DNA from: an uncultured Bacteroidota bacterium
GTDB lineage: Bacteria > Bacteroidota > Bacteroidia > Bacteroidales > GCA-2748055
NCBI GenBank assembly: GCA_937129385.1
Contig: CAKZNC010000152.1
Span: 7,260-71,259 of the forward strand
Direction: 5' to 3'
DNA length: 64,000 nucleotides
Position 1 is the stretch's first letter. Each line of letters begins with the position of its first letter. Shown in pieces: positions 45,535-55,513 of this stretch. The position numbers and the translations under genes are program-made. Below the pieces are notes generated by a model. The model had not been told where the DNA came from. It searched no databases and saw only the letters and a program-made list of their open reading frames with translations.

Positions 45535-47988
45535 TCATCGATACTCCAGCCACGCTGTCGCGACACAATCATGATCGGCCACGAACCTGATCCATCTGGA
45601 CTGGAATCCATCCTCAAAGGTGTGCTCCCACATTTCCCCTGGCTGCACGGTCACCTCCATGTATTGCATCCACGGACCGTGACCCACCGGTTCAATCTCC
45701 ACTGTAAAGGTAACAGCCGCTGCCATATCATGGTTCAGCGACAAAGTTTTTTGATCATAAAACCCAATCAGGTAGGGATCCGAAGGCTCGCCCTTTAAAA
45801 CCCTGCTCTCTTTCCACGGACCTCCTGTGCCCACAGGTTTCCCAAGCTTCCACAGGTCATCAATGGCACCCGCCCAAACCGCAGCTTTCCCGTCCGCAGA
45901 AGCAAAAACATGCGGATTCTCATCTGCCACCGCCGGATCCACCCCGGTCATCACCAGCAATCCGCGATACGAAGCATAATCATGTATCCTGAAATCGTGC
46001 GATGCCACCGGGCGTACCTTGGCAAAGCCATCGGCATTCTCCGCAGGGAGCTCATAAAAGGTCCCGTGCAGGTTCAAAAGATCCCGCTCCGTGGCCACCT
46101 CCCTGCTGATGCGTAACCGGCCCTCCCGGGTCAGCTCCGTAAAACATTCGTCGCCTTTCGGAAACCTCCAGCGCCTCCCCCTGTCATCCACCACCAACAC
46201 CGAGGATGCTTCCACGCTGACCACCTCCGATGGGATTTCAAATTTCTCATCTATGAATTTTTTCATGACCGGATCGTCCTTCCTGACAAGCTGCATATTC
46301 GCATCCAGCTCATAGTACCCGGCATCTTTTCCCTTGTGTCGTGCCGATATCCCCAGTGCCCTGCGGTCTTCCCCAAGTCCGTACAGCAACCCACCAGTCA
46401 TGGGAGCCTCACATGCATGCAATAATCCCGTGAAGACCTGGTCAGGCTCAGCGGACCTGGCGTCATGTTCAGCATAACAAAACTGCGCCGTTACCTTGCT
46501 TTCACTGTCGGCCACGATCCGGATCCACTCGCCCTGCTCCTGCTCTGTAAACCGCACCTCCCCTGAAGCCCCTGCACCAATCCGCACACTCCTGAAGGTC
46601 TCAAAATCCCCCTCTCCATTGTGGTCGGCCTGGAAAAAGAGCTCCACGGGTGCATCGTCATGATTCACCAGCCACGCTGTACGATGGTCCCATCCTGCGA
46701 ATAAAAATGGCTCGGAAGGCTCACCAGCCTGCACCTGCTCCTCCAGCCACACCGCCCCGGAGGCTGTGGCCGGACCCAGGCTGTCGGGTGTCCCTGCCGG
46801 GATAAACCAGAGATTAGAATTCGACTGCCCAGGCCCTTCAATATCTCCCTTCACCTTGCGCTTGTTTAAAAATTCTTTTTGTGCCGAATCGTCGCAACCC
46901 ATCACCAGTCGGCCGTTCCAGCGTGCAAAGTCACCGATCACCTTCAGGTAGGCCGAGCGTGGCCGGATCCCCGCACTGTTCTTTCCCGAAAATGTCGCGG
47001 GAAACCTCCAGAACATCCCATGCATGGTCATCAGATAATCGGGTGCCTCCGCCGTCCCCACATCCCGGATCCGCGGCCATTCGGTGTTCCAACCATGAGC
47101 TCCATCATAACTATGACTCGCCTTGGGAAGCCGGTAAAACGACCACTCCCCCCGGTCACGCACGCCAACCAGCAACGACTTATGATCCCAACCGGTGACC
47201 CAGATCGGGTCATTCTCCGGGTCGGGATTGCCATATATTCCACCCGGACCGGTTACCTCAACGAACTGGTTCCGCCTGATCACCTTCCAGTCAACTCCAT
47301 CCCATTCGGCCAGTACTCCAGACTCCACATCGAACCGTTCAAGCGCCTCCTGCCCCTTCTCCCCGTTGTTGGAATAGACCAGCACCCCCTGTCCCGAATA
47401 TAATCCCTTACCATGGGCCCCGGGAAGCAACACCCCGGCACTGTCAGGATTGCCCTCGTTCACAAAGGTCCGCGCATCCTTAAACAACGTTTGCACCTCC
47501 AGGGACGCAACGTCTGCCTCGTAGAATCCCTCCTCCATGGTTCCGAAATAGATCATCTCATCCGGTTGGAACAAGTGCTGCGCATTGCCGGTGAGGCGGC
47601 CGGTCATGTTTGTATACTGAATGGTACGTACGTTCCGCGCGCGATCGACCGCATAGGGTCCGATGAACAACTGCTCACTCTCCCGGTGGATCATCCGGTT
47701 GGCCGGGGTCCCCCCGATGCTCTCCTCCCTGGTGATCTGCTTCAGATCCGGGGTGATCTCGTACAGTTTATCGGACGATCCCTCCGGCAGGTGCGGACCA
47801 TAGGTGATCACCCAGAGACGACCGGCCCACGGAACCACCGCCCCGGTGCCGCACTCTCCCTGCTGGTTGTAATAGGCCAGGTGCGGATAAATGCCGCTTA
47901 TGTTTAAAGGTGTTTCTGTCTTATCAACGACAGGTCCACAGGAATATAAGAGGAGTATGAGCAGAAGAAACAGGGGAGTGTAGCGCAT
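45535..47988 (-). CDS. Hypothetical lipoprotein, 817 aa, unknown family, with internally duplicated ~84-aa module
   Basis: ATG at 47988 gives the lipobox signal MRYTPLFLLLILLLYSCG. Uninterrupted ORF with no family recognised. Modules GEPSEPFLF...WIRIVADSESKVTAQFCY and GEPSDPYLI...WIRFVADHDCVATAWLEY are clear paralogues. Confidence 0.7.
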   Translation of the reverse strand: MRYTPLFLLLILLLYSCGPVVDKTETPLNISGIYPHLAYYNQQGECGTGAVVPWAGRLWVITYGPHLPEGSSDKLYEITPDLKQITREESIGGTPANRMIHRESEQLFIGPYAVDRARNVRTIQYTNMTGRLTGNAQHLFQPDEMIYFGTMEEGFYEADVASLEVQTLFKDARTFVNEGNPDSAGVLLPGAHGKGLYSGQGVLVYSNNGEKGQEALERFDVESGVLAEWDGVDWKVIRRNQFVEVTGPGGIYGNPDPENDPIWVTGWDHKSLLVGVRDRGEWSFYRLPKASHSYDGAHGWNTEWPRIRDVGTAEAPDYLMTMHGMFWRFPATFSGKNSAGIRPRSAYLKVIGDFARWNGRLVMGCDDSAQKEFLNKRKVKGDIEGPGQSNSNLWFIPAGTPDSLGPATASGAVWLEEQVQAGEPSEPFLFAGWDHRTAWLVNHDDAPVELFFQADHNGEGDFETFRSVRIGAGASGEVRFTEQEQGEWIRIVADSESKVTAQFCYAEHDARSAEPDQVFTGLLHACEAPMTGGLLYGLGEDRRALGISARHKGKDAGYYELDANMQLVRKDDPVMKKFIDEKFEIPSEVVSVEASSVLVVDDRGRRWRFPKGDECFTELTREGRLRISREVATERDLLNLHGTFYELPAENADGFAKVRPVASHDFRIHDYASYRGLLVMTGVDPAVADENPHVFASADGKAAVWAGAIDDLWKLGKPVGTGGPWKESRVLKGEPSDPYLIGFYDQKTLSLNHDMAAAVTFTVEIEPVGHGPWMQYMEVTVQPGEMWEHTFEDGFQSRWIRFVADHDCVATAWLEYR

Positions 47989-48134
47989 CAGATTGTGTTT
48001 TCTGCAAGATAATAAATTGAAACGAGCATGATAAGCGGGAATGCATTTGATACATATCATATCGTTTTTTGCAACCATCCTGCTATATTTACCCTCTCAT
48101 AAATAGAAGACTAAACTGAAATACCGATACTACC

Positions 48135-51128
48135 ATGAAGCTACAACTCTCTTTTTTTGCAACGTTGATGATCCTTTTGGCAGGCCGGGGAACGCTCACC
48201 GCCCAGGTGCCCGACGGGGGGATCATGCTCAATGCCACCTCGGGAACAACATTTCAGCAAATCGGACAGTGTACTGCCACGGCGGTTACTGTGGACGGAC
48301 AAGCGTTTACTGACGGGATCAGGATCGAAGTGGGATCGGGGTTCTCAAACACCTATTCCGCGCAGGTGAAATTTCCATCCGTGGATGGTATCGCCGATGG
48401 CGACGTGCTCCTGGTCGCATTTTATGCGCGGACGATCTACTCTGAGGAGGAGACCGGTGAAGGAAATGTGAATGTGATCATCGAGAACAACTCCACCTAT
48501 GCAAAGCAAATTCAGCAAAACATCAAGATAGGTAGTGAGTGGAAAGAATATTATGCCTCTGCAGTCTCAGGGACCACCCTGGGTGCCTCCCAGGTAAGCT
48601 ACCTGTTCCACTGCGGATTCCCCAACCAGGTGATCGAAATAGCCGAAGTGCGGTACCTGAATTATGAACAGACCCGCACCCTCGATGAGATGCCGGTCAC
48701 CGAGATTACCTATGCAGGTCAGGATCCCGCTGCCGACTGGAGAGCCCCTGCTGCAGAGAGAATTAACCAGTACCGGAAAGGGTTGGTAGAATTCACCGTA
48801 TATGATGAACAGGGGCAGCTGTTACAGGATGCCGACCTCTCCGTGGAAATGGTACAACATGATTTCGGGTTCGGAACAGCCATCGGGGCAAGTACATTCA
48901 ACAACAACGAAACATACCGGACCAGGACCCTGGAAGATTTTAACGAAGTGGTCTTTGAAAATGACCTGAAATGGCCGCAGTTCAACGCGAACAACACTGC
49001 CCATATCGAAAAAGCCATGGATACCCTGGATGCACACAATATTCCCGTCCGGGGACACAACGTGATCTGGCCCTCTTACAGGTTTATGCCGGATTTCGTG
49101 GAGCAGATCAGTGATGATCCTGTCGCCCTGGAAAATGCCATTGACAACAGGATCGATGATGTAACGCAATTTACGTCAGGCAGACTCAACGACTGGGATG
49201 TGATCAATGAAGCCTACACCGAACACGATTTGATGGACATCATGGGTGACCAGGTGATGGCAGAGTGGTTTAAGAAAGTACGCCGGAACGACAGGGATGT
49301 GAAATTGTACCTGAACGACTATGCCATCCTGAGTGGCGGCGGAAAGAATGTGGCAAAACAGGACTTCTATTACAACCTGGTGGAATATATCGACGGACTC
49401 GGCGGGGGGGTCCAGGGAATCGGCCTGCAGGGCCATTTCAGCAGTGAACTGACCTCGATCAATAAGGTCTATTCCATCCTGGAGCGATATGCCGCGCTGG
49501 AGAAAGAGATCAAAATTACTGAATTTGATATCGATATCACCCAGCGCGAGGTGCAGGCCGATTACCTGCGGGATTTCATGACCATCACATTCAGCCACCC
49601 ATCGGTAAAATCGGTGCTGATGTGGGGCTTCTGGGAAAACAAGCACTGGAAACCCGACTGTGCCATCTATAATGCAGACTGGACCCTGCGGCCGCACGGG
49701 GAGATGTGGCTCGACCTGATCTACAACCAGTGGTGGACAAAGGATACTACCATGGTCACAGATGCTTCGGGAAATGGAACGATGACAGGCTTCCTTGGCA
49801 CCTACAGGTATACTGTAACGGATGGGAATATCGTACGGACCGGCACCTTTACAATCGATCGGCCTGTGGCTGGAGGCTTGACCAACGAGGTGGTGCTCTC
49901 ACTGGACCAAGCGGTTCCTGAAACCGTATCTGTCAGCTCCTCCATCCCGGGATATATATGCGAAGGTGAAACTGCAGTCCTCTCTGTACCGGAAGGGGAC
50001 GGACTGTTGTATACATGGTACCTCGACGGGGAGCCTTTGGACCAGTCTGCTGCCTCCATTTCTGTGTCGGAGCCGGGAAGTTATTCGGTTGATGTGGCTA
50101 AGTCGGGCATTACCATTTCCTCTGAACCCTACCTGCTGGAGGTAAGATCCACCCCGGTTGCACAAATCACTCCCTCGGGGGAGGTGGGAGGGTGCCTTGG
50201 AAAAGAAATTACGCTTGAAACCACAGCTGTGGAGGGGGTTGAATACGCCTGGCATAAGAACGGTACCCAGTTCCTGGCCGATGTGGCTTCCGTTGAAATA
50301 ACCAACAGTGGTTCCTATACCCTACAGGCCTCATCTGAGTTTTGCACGGCCAAATCTGAAGCGGCTGTGGTCCTGCTCGACAGGAACCCGGATACCGGGA
50401 TCGAAGCCAGCGGCGATCTTTCAGCATGCATCGGTGATGGTCTATTCCTGACTGCGGCCAATGATGCTTCTGTGGATTATACCTGGTTTAAAGATGACGA
50501 GGAGACAGGAAGCGGACAATTCTACCTTGAGATCTCAGAGACAGGCGATTACCATTTTTCAGCAACGGTTGGTTCCTGCACAGCCTATTCAGATACCCTG
50601 CCGGTAAAATTCAATGAATACCCCGAAGCATCCATCACCGTCAACGGCGAAACCATGTTTTGTGAAGGAACTGAATTGGTGCTGGAGGGAAATCCCGGAA
50701 CCGACCTGGTCTATACCTGGATGAAAGGGTCTTTGGTCCTTGAGGATGCCGACCAGACCATTGCAGTGGGAGAGAGTGGAACATATACGCTCATGACCAC
50801 ACTGGGAAATTGCGCTACTACTTCTGATCCCGTTGTCCTCACTTTACTGCCGGCAACAGACCCCGCGTGCGCAAATTCCGTGACGGAAACAGAGCTGGCA
50901 AACATCGTCTATCCAAATCCTTTCCGTGGATCGTTCACCTTTGATCCCGGCAATCTCACAGGCAAAACCAGGCTCGAACTATTCAATGCAACCGGACAGC
51001 TGCTCATGGTGAAAAGTCTGGATACACTCACCGGACCGATCAAAATTGAAAGTCCCGAGAAGGGATTACTGCTTCTGAAAATCACCAATGGAAATGCAGT
51101 CAGTATCCACAGGGTAACATCCGTATAA
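48135..51128 (+). CDS. Endo-1,4-beta-xylanase (GH10) with N-terminal CBM-like domain, four Ig-like repeats and T9SS C-terminal sorting domain
   Basis: 997 aa with a signal peptide. GH10 acid/base WDVINEA and nucleophile KITEFDI. Four Cys-containing repeats of about 70 aa. C-terminal IVYPNPFRGSFTF...LLLLKITNG...SIHRV matches a T9SS CTD. Confidence 0.92.
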   Translation: MKLQLSFFATLMILLAGRGTLTAQVPDGGIMLNATSGTTFQQIGQCTATAVTVDGQAFTDGIRIEVGSGFSNTYSAQVKFPSVDGIADGDVLLVAFYARTIYSEEETGEGNVNVIIENNSTYAKQIQQNIKIGSEWKEYYASAVSGTTLGASQVSYLFHCGFPNQVIEIAEVRYLNYEQTRTLDEMPVTEITYAGQDPAADWRAPAAERINQYRKGLVEFTVYDEQGQLLQDADLSVEMVQHDFGFGTAIGASTFNNNETYRTRTLEDFNEVVFENDLKWPQFNANNTAHIEKAMDTLDAHNIPVRGHNVIWPSYRFMPDFVEQISDDPVALENAIDNRIDDVTQFTSGRLNDWDVINEAYTEHDLMDIMGDQVMAEWFKKVRRNDRDVKLYLNDYAILSGGGKNVAKQDFYYNLVEYIDGLGGGVQGIGLQGHFSSELTSINKVYSILERYAALEKEIKITEFDIDITQREVQADYLRDFMTITFSHPSVKSVLMWGFWENKHWKPDCAIYNADWTLRPHGEMWLDLIYNQWWTKDTTMVTDASGNGTMTGFLGTYRYTVTDGNIVRTGTFTIDRPVAGGLTNEVVLSLDQAVPETVSVSSSIPGYICEGETAVLSVPEGDGLLYTWYLDGEPLDQSAASISVSEPGSYSVDVAKSGITISSEPYLLEVRSTPVAQITPSGEVGGCLGKEITLETTAVEGVEYAWHKNGTQFLADVASVEITNSGSYTLQASSEFCTAKSEAAVVLLDRNPDTGIEASGDLSACIGDGLFLTAANDASVDYTWFKDDEETGSGQFYLEISETGDYHFSATVGSCTAYSDTLPVKFNEYPEASITVNGETMFCEGTELVLEGNPGTDLVYTWMKGSLVLEDADQTIAVGESGTYTLMTTLGNCATTSDPVVLTLLPATDPACANSVTETELANIVYPNPFRGSFTFDPGNLTGKTRLELFNATGQLLMVKSLDTLTGPIKIESPEKGLLLLKITNGNAVSIHRVTSV

Positions 51129-51135
51129 CACCCCC

Positions 51136-51169
51136 GGATTCTACCGTTCCGAATCCCCCGTATATTTTT
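51136..51169 (+). terminator. Weak candidate terminator after the xylanase gene
   Basis: GGATTC (51136-51141) / GAATCC (51151-51156) stem, with a T5 run at 51165-51169. Confidence 0.35.
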
Positions 51170-51222
51170 GGATATCATTGAGGTAATTCATAACTTGACT
51201 GATAATCAATCATTTTAAGACG

Positions 51223-51744
51223 ATGAGACAGCAAGTCAGGATCACACTGATCTCACTTCTATGTCTGATTGTGTCATTGAAAACACAGGGACAGGACGGG
51301 CCGCTGATCCTCAAAACAGGATTCGGGATCCCGGAAATTTCCAATGTTGCCGTCGGATTACAATATATGCAGGCCCAATTTGTCGTGGGTTTTGGTTACC
51401 TGCCATTGCCCGAGGATGTGATTACGGCCCGATTTGCAGATATTTATCTTCACCTGCTGGGCAGTTCCCGTTTTACATCCATACATCCGTGGTACCTGAG
51501 AGCAGGGATATCCGGATTTCGTGAGAAAACACCGAGATGGATCGACCGGTTTTCCTACCTCAACCTGCGGATGGGCAGGTCCTTTCACCTCAATAAACAG
51601 CTGGCCATAGAGTTTGACCTGGGTGCTGCCTTTGAACTATCTTACAGCAGGGAAGAGATTGTCCCCACGACACGCTGGTTTTCTATTGATTTTCCGGTGT
51701 TGCCCGGAATAGGGACCAGGCTAGTTTACCGCATCGGGTTATAA
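51223..51744 (+). CDS. Hypothetical protein with signal peptide (possible small outer-membrane beta-barrel)
   Basis: 173 aa with signal ITLISLLCLIVSLKTQGQ. Alternating hydrophobic pattern and an aromatic-rich C-terminus (TRLVYRIGL). Confidence 0.55.
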   Translation: MRQQVRITLISLLCLIVSLKTQGQDGPLILKTGFGIPEISNVAVGLQYMQAQFVVGFGYLPLPEDVITARFADIYLHLLGSSRFTSIHPWYLRAGISGFREKTPRWIDRFSYLNLRMGRSFHLNKQLAIEFDLGAAFELSYSREEIVPTTRWFSIDFPVLPGIGTRLVYRIGL

Positions 51745-51771
51745 CCCGTCAGATGCGATGGTTGAAAATTC

Positions 51772-52698
51772 TTAACGGGAACTCTTCCTCACTCGTAAAG
51801 GCAGGAACCTGGCGACCTTCTCCTGGTAAGTGCTGTATTCAGAGTACTTTCCCGCCGAGATGCCCTCACTGAAATCACTGCTTCCGCGGAAGAGCAGGAC
51901 CAGCAATATGGCTCCGATGACCGACCAGTTCAGCCACAACCCGGTGGCAATGACACTGAAAAAGTAGAAGGTGATCCATATGGCCTGTTCGGATGCATAG
52001 TTCGGATGCCGCACCACGCCCCAGAGGCCCGTGGATACAAATCCTTTTTTATATTTGTCAGGCAATGGCTGTCCCAATGCCCTGAGCCTGTTCTTCTCCT
52101 TCTGAAATACCCACTGTTGCTGATCGGCTATGGTCTCCAGCACCACGAATCCAAGGAAGATTGCCGCCAACAGGTAGTCGAACAAACCCAGTGGACCACC
52201 ATTCATGCTCTGCAGGGCAGGAAGGGTGAATAACAGGATCAGTCCCATCTGGTAATAGGAGATGAACAGGAGGTTGAACAGGGTCCATTTCCAGTTGGCC
52301 CGGAATTCAGGTTTCGCTCGCAATACCGCCCACCTGTAATCCTCCTCGCCGGTCCAGAACTTCAGAGAATACCCACCCCTCCGGGAAAAATTGTAGGTAA
52401 GACGAATCCCCCATATGGTCACCAACGCAGCCATGAGCAGAAGCCTGGGCTCATATCCTGAGCGGATAGCAATGATCCAGACATAGGCAATCGGGATCAC
52501 GCTCCAGAGCTTGTCCACCTGGCTGTAATTATTGCTGAAGAGGCTGACGATAAAACATGCTCCCGCTGCCACTATATAGATCATCACCAGGTCCATCAAC
52601 ACTGCATATTGCAGGTCGGTAAGTGGTTCACTGAACCTGAAAGCAAAGAAAGGCAGGACGATGATCGTCAACAGCAGAAACAAGGCTGTTTTCCACAT
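51772..52698 (-). CDS. DUF1295 domain protein (steroid 5-alpha-reductase / ICMT-like membrane protein)
   Basis: 308-aa polytopic protein. The C-terminal GLWGVVRHPNYASEQAIWITFYFF is typical of DUF1295/ICMT-like enzymes. Confidence 0.78.
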   Translation of the reverse strand: MWKTALFLLLTIIVLPFFAFRFSEPLTDLQYAVLMDLVMIYIVAAGACFIVSLFSNNYSQVDKLWSVIPIAYVWIIAIRSGYEPRLLLMAALVTIWGIRLTYNFSRRGGYSLKFWTGEEDYRWAVLRAKPEFRANWKWTLFNLLFISYYQMGLILLFTLPALQSMNGGPLGLFDYLLAAIFLGFVVLETIADQQQWVFQKEKNRLRALGQPLPDKYKKGFVSTGLWGVVRHPNYASEQAIWITFYFFSVIATGLWLNWSVIGAILLVLLFRGSSDFSEGISAGKYSEYSTYQEKVARFLPLRVRKSSR

Positions 52699-52780
52699 AA
52701 AATGGTAGTTTAGTTAGGTATTTGAAACTGAATTCAAGGGATAAATATAGCAATAGCTTTCAAATTCCCAACGCCAAAGA

Positions 52781-52802
52781 AATATATATTTAAATATATA
52801 TT
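52781..52802. repeat. 22-bp perfect A/T-only palindrome within a 36-nt pure A/T tract
   Basis: AATATATATTTAAATATATATT at 52781-52802. The A/T-only run spans 52780-52815 and is followed by CTGTCGAAGG (52819-52828), which is shared with 3163-3172. Confidence 0.9.
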
Positions 52803-52909
52803 AATATATATATATCGGCTGTCGAAGGCTGAATGGAGGCGCCTGCAGGTCTGAGTTATTGTTTGATCATGGGATCGGAGCCACCGGCGCGCATATTCAG
52901 CATAAGAAC

Positions 52910-55474
52910 TTACTCCCCTGCAAAATTTACCTGGCAGGTTGCTTTGATCCCTTCGCCGTTGCTCACTGTAAGGCTGGCCGGGCCGGTCTCACCGGGAATA
53001 TTCCGCATAACGGCCACCGCCTTGCCAAAAAAGAGGGGGTGTTGTTCGTCTGTAAACCGGTCATGACTCATCGCATCCCCGTTGGCAACACCCATCAGCC
53101 GGGCCGATCCTGTTGCTTCGAACTCCAGAATATCCATGGCCAGGGGACAGACTACCCCCTGCTCATCCACCATTTCCACAGTCACATAACAGAGGTCCAT
53201 GCCATTGGCCGACAGTTCGGTTCTGTCGGCTGAAAGTCTCAATTTGGCAGGCAGACCGGCTGTTTGCACCACATCCTCACCAATCTTTTTCCCGTCTTTA
53301 TAGGCCACAGCTTTGAGTGTTCCCATTTCATAAGGAACATCCAGCCATTGGATCCTGTAGGCATCTACAATCTCGTAGTAAGGCGCATCTGCAGGCATCA
53401 ATCCTTCATTCCAGTCGAAATCGCCGACCGTATAGGTGGGGTCGGCCTGTATTTTCATTGAGATTTTCACCTGGTCAGGATCGAGCTTGCTCTTTTTGCC
53501 AAGGCTCTTACCGTTGAGGAACAATTCGGCCTCATCCCCGTCTGTATAAAGAAAAACAGGGATCGGCTCACCTTCATGTTCTTCCCAGTTCCAGTGCGGT
53601 GTAAGCTCTATGGTGTGTTCATCTTCATTCCACTGGCTGCGGTAATTGTAATAGCTGTCCTTGGGAAGCCCGGCCAGGTCCACGATGCCAAAATAACTGC
53701 TCCTGGCCACATGTCCCTCTTTGGTTTGAACTCCCCACCTGTCATGTGTATAGGGAGTCGGCTCACCGAGGTAATCAAACCCTGTCCATACAAATTCACC
53801 TGCTACGAAGATGTCGATGCGCATATATTCAAATTCTATTTCCGGGATGTCTGACCAGGGTGCAGCGGTAAGCATATAGGCACTGATATTGCCATCCGTG
53901 CCATAGTCCACCTTATTTTCGGGCAGATCAAGTTTATAGGCTCCCCTGGTCCCAAATGCAGAGGCTGTCTCACTGTAGATCAAAGGCATCTCCGGGTATG
54001 CTTCCCGGGTGGTAAAATACCTCCGGGCATAATTCCATCCCGTGGTTTCCAACGGATCAAGGATGTGCTTGTCCCCAACTGAAACAGAAGGGATATGGCA
54101 CCCCATCGTTGTCGGTCGGGTGGTATCGTAAGCTGTGAAATAATCCACCATCTTCGCCACGTGTTCCGCGGCCTTCCCGTCACTGTCGGCCAGCAGGTCG
54201 GGGATCTCATTCCCGATGGACCAGAGTACGACGCTGGGGTGATTGCGGTCGCGCAATACGAAATTCTTTACTTCGGGCTCGGCATACTGATTCACAAATT
54301 CAGCAGTGGAACATTCCACTCCGGCTGTCGGACCATATTTGTCGAAGAGCTCATTGAAGACGATGATCCCCATTTCGTCACACAGCTCCAGTACCTCGGG
54401 CGCAGGTGCATTGTGACTGGTGCGCAGGGCATTCACCCCCATCTCCTGCATGATCTCAAGCTGCCGCTCCATGGCCCTTGGGAAGAAGGCTGCACCCAGC
54501 GGACCCTGGTCGTGATGCAGGTTCACCCCCTTCAGCTGCACCCGTCGGCCATTCAGGTGATAACCATCATCCGCGGTCCACTTGAAATCCCGGATGCCAA
54601 ATTTTGTTTTTTCCTGGTGGATCAGCTGTTCTCCATCATATATGCTTGTTTTACAAACATAAAGTGCAGGGTTTTCAATATCCCAGAGAATGGGTGTGTC
54701 CAGGGTCATTTTAAATATTTCCTTCCAGGACCCCACCACACCAGGTTTTAAGTCGCGGTGCCTTTTCTGTACCTCTACACCGGAGGGATCCAGTACCACG
54801 CATTCAACACGAATCTCAGCATCAGTCTCTCCGGTATTGACCAGGTCGATTTCAGCATGGACTGCTGCAGATACATCAGTTACCTCCGGAGTTGTAATAT
54901 AAACACCCCAAACCGGGATATGCACCGGCTCAACAAGGCGCATCTGCACCTTTCTGTAGATCCCCGCACCCGGGTACCACCTTGAATGATGTTCCTTTGT
55001 ATCGGCATGGACTGCGAGAACATTTTTCTCACCGAACCTTGCAGCTTCTGTAGCATCGATCCAGAAAGAGTTGTAACCGTAACGCCAGCTGCCGACCTTC
55101 TCACCATTCAAGTATACCACAGGGCTTGCCATGACCCCGTCAAACAGGAACTGAAGTTGTTTCCCCTGATCTTTTGTTTCCAGCGTAAATGTTTTGCGAT
55201 ACCAACCTTCCCCTTTCCAGGGCAATTTACCTGTATTTCCCGCTTCGTTGGGTGCTCCGAATGGACCGGAAATGGCCCAGTCGTGTGGCAGGTCGACAGA
55301 CTCCCAACTACTGTCATCAAAACCGGGGTTGAAGGCATCCTCATGACTTCCTTTCGAAAATTTCCAGCCAAAATTTATGGAGCTGTCCCATCTCCACGCA
55401 TCAGGTGCTTCTGCCGGACCGGCACAGTTTACAAAAAAGAAAAGTGCAACCAGTGAAATAGTAAGGATTCGCAT
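52910..55474 (-). CDS. Glycoside hydrolase family 2 (beta-galactosidase-like), lipoprotein
   Basis: ATG at 55474 gives MRILTISLVALFFFVNCAG (the track start at 55501 is TTG). GH2 motifs VVYLNGEKVGSWRYGYNSFWIDAT, NALRTSHNAP, HPSVVLWSIGNE (acid/base) and IYSETAS (nucleophile region). Confidence 0.92.
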   Translation of the reverse strand: MRILTISLVALFFFVNCAGPAEAPDAWRWDSSINFGWKFSKGSHEDAFNPGFDDSSWESVDLPHDWAISGPFGAPNEAGNTGKLPWKGEGWYRKTFTLETKDQGKQLQFLFDGVMASPVVYLNGEKVGSWRYGYNSFWIDATEAARFGEKNVLAVHADTKEHHSRWYPGAGIYRKVQMRLVEPVHIPVWGVYITTPEVTDVSAAVHAEIDLVNTGETDAEIRVECVVLDPSGVEVQKRHRDLKPGVVGSWKEIFKMTLDTPILWDIENPALYVCKTSIYDGEQLIHQEKTKFGIRDFKWTADDGYHLNGRRVQLKGVNLHHDQGPLGAAFFPRAMERQLEIMQEMGVNALRTSHNAPAPEVLELCDEMGIIVFNELFDKYGPTAGVECSTAEFVNQYAEPEVKNFVLRDRNHPSVVLWSIGNEIPDLLADSDGKAAEHVAKMVDYFTAYDTTRPTTMGCHIPSVSVGDKHILDPLETTGWNYARRYFTTREAYPEMPLIYSETASAFGTRGAYKLDLPENKVDYGTDGNISAYMLTAAPWSDIPEIEFEYMRIDIFVAGEFVWTGFDYLGEPTPYTHDRWGVQTKEGHVARSSYFGIVDLAGLPKDSYYNYRSQWNEDEHTIELTPHWNWEEHEGEPIPVFLYTDGDEAELFLNGKSLGKKSKLDPDQVKISMKIQADPTYTVGDFDWNEGLMPADAPYYEIVDAYRIQWLDVPYEMGTLKAVAYKDGKKIGEDVVQTAGLPAKLRLSADRTELSANGMDLCYVTVEMVDEQGVVCPLAMDILEFEATGSARLMGVANGDAMSHDRFTDEQHPLFFGKAVAVMRNIPGETGPASLTVSNGEGIKATCQVNFAGE

Positions 55475-55513
55475 GACGGGCTGTTGGATTAGTATTAACA
55501 AAATACAATTATA

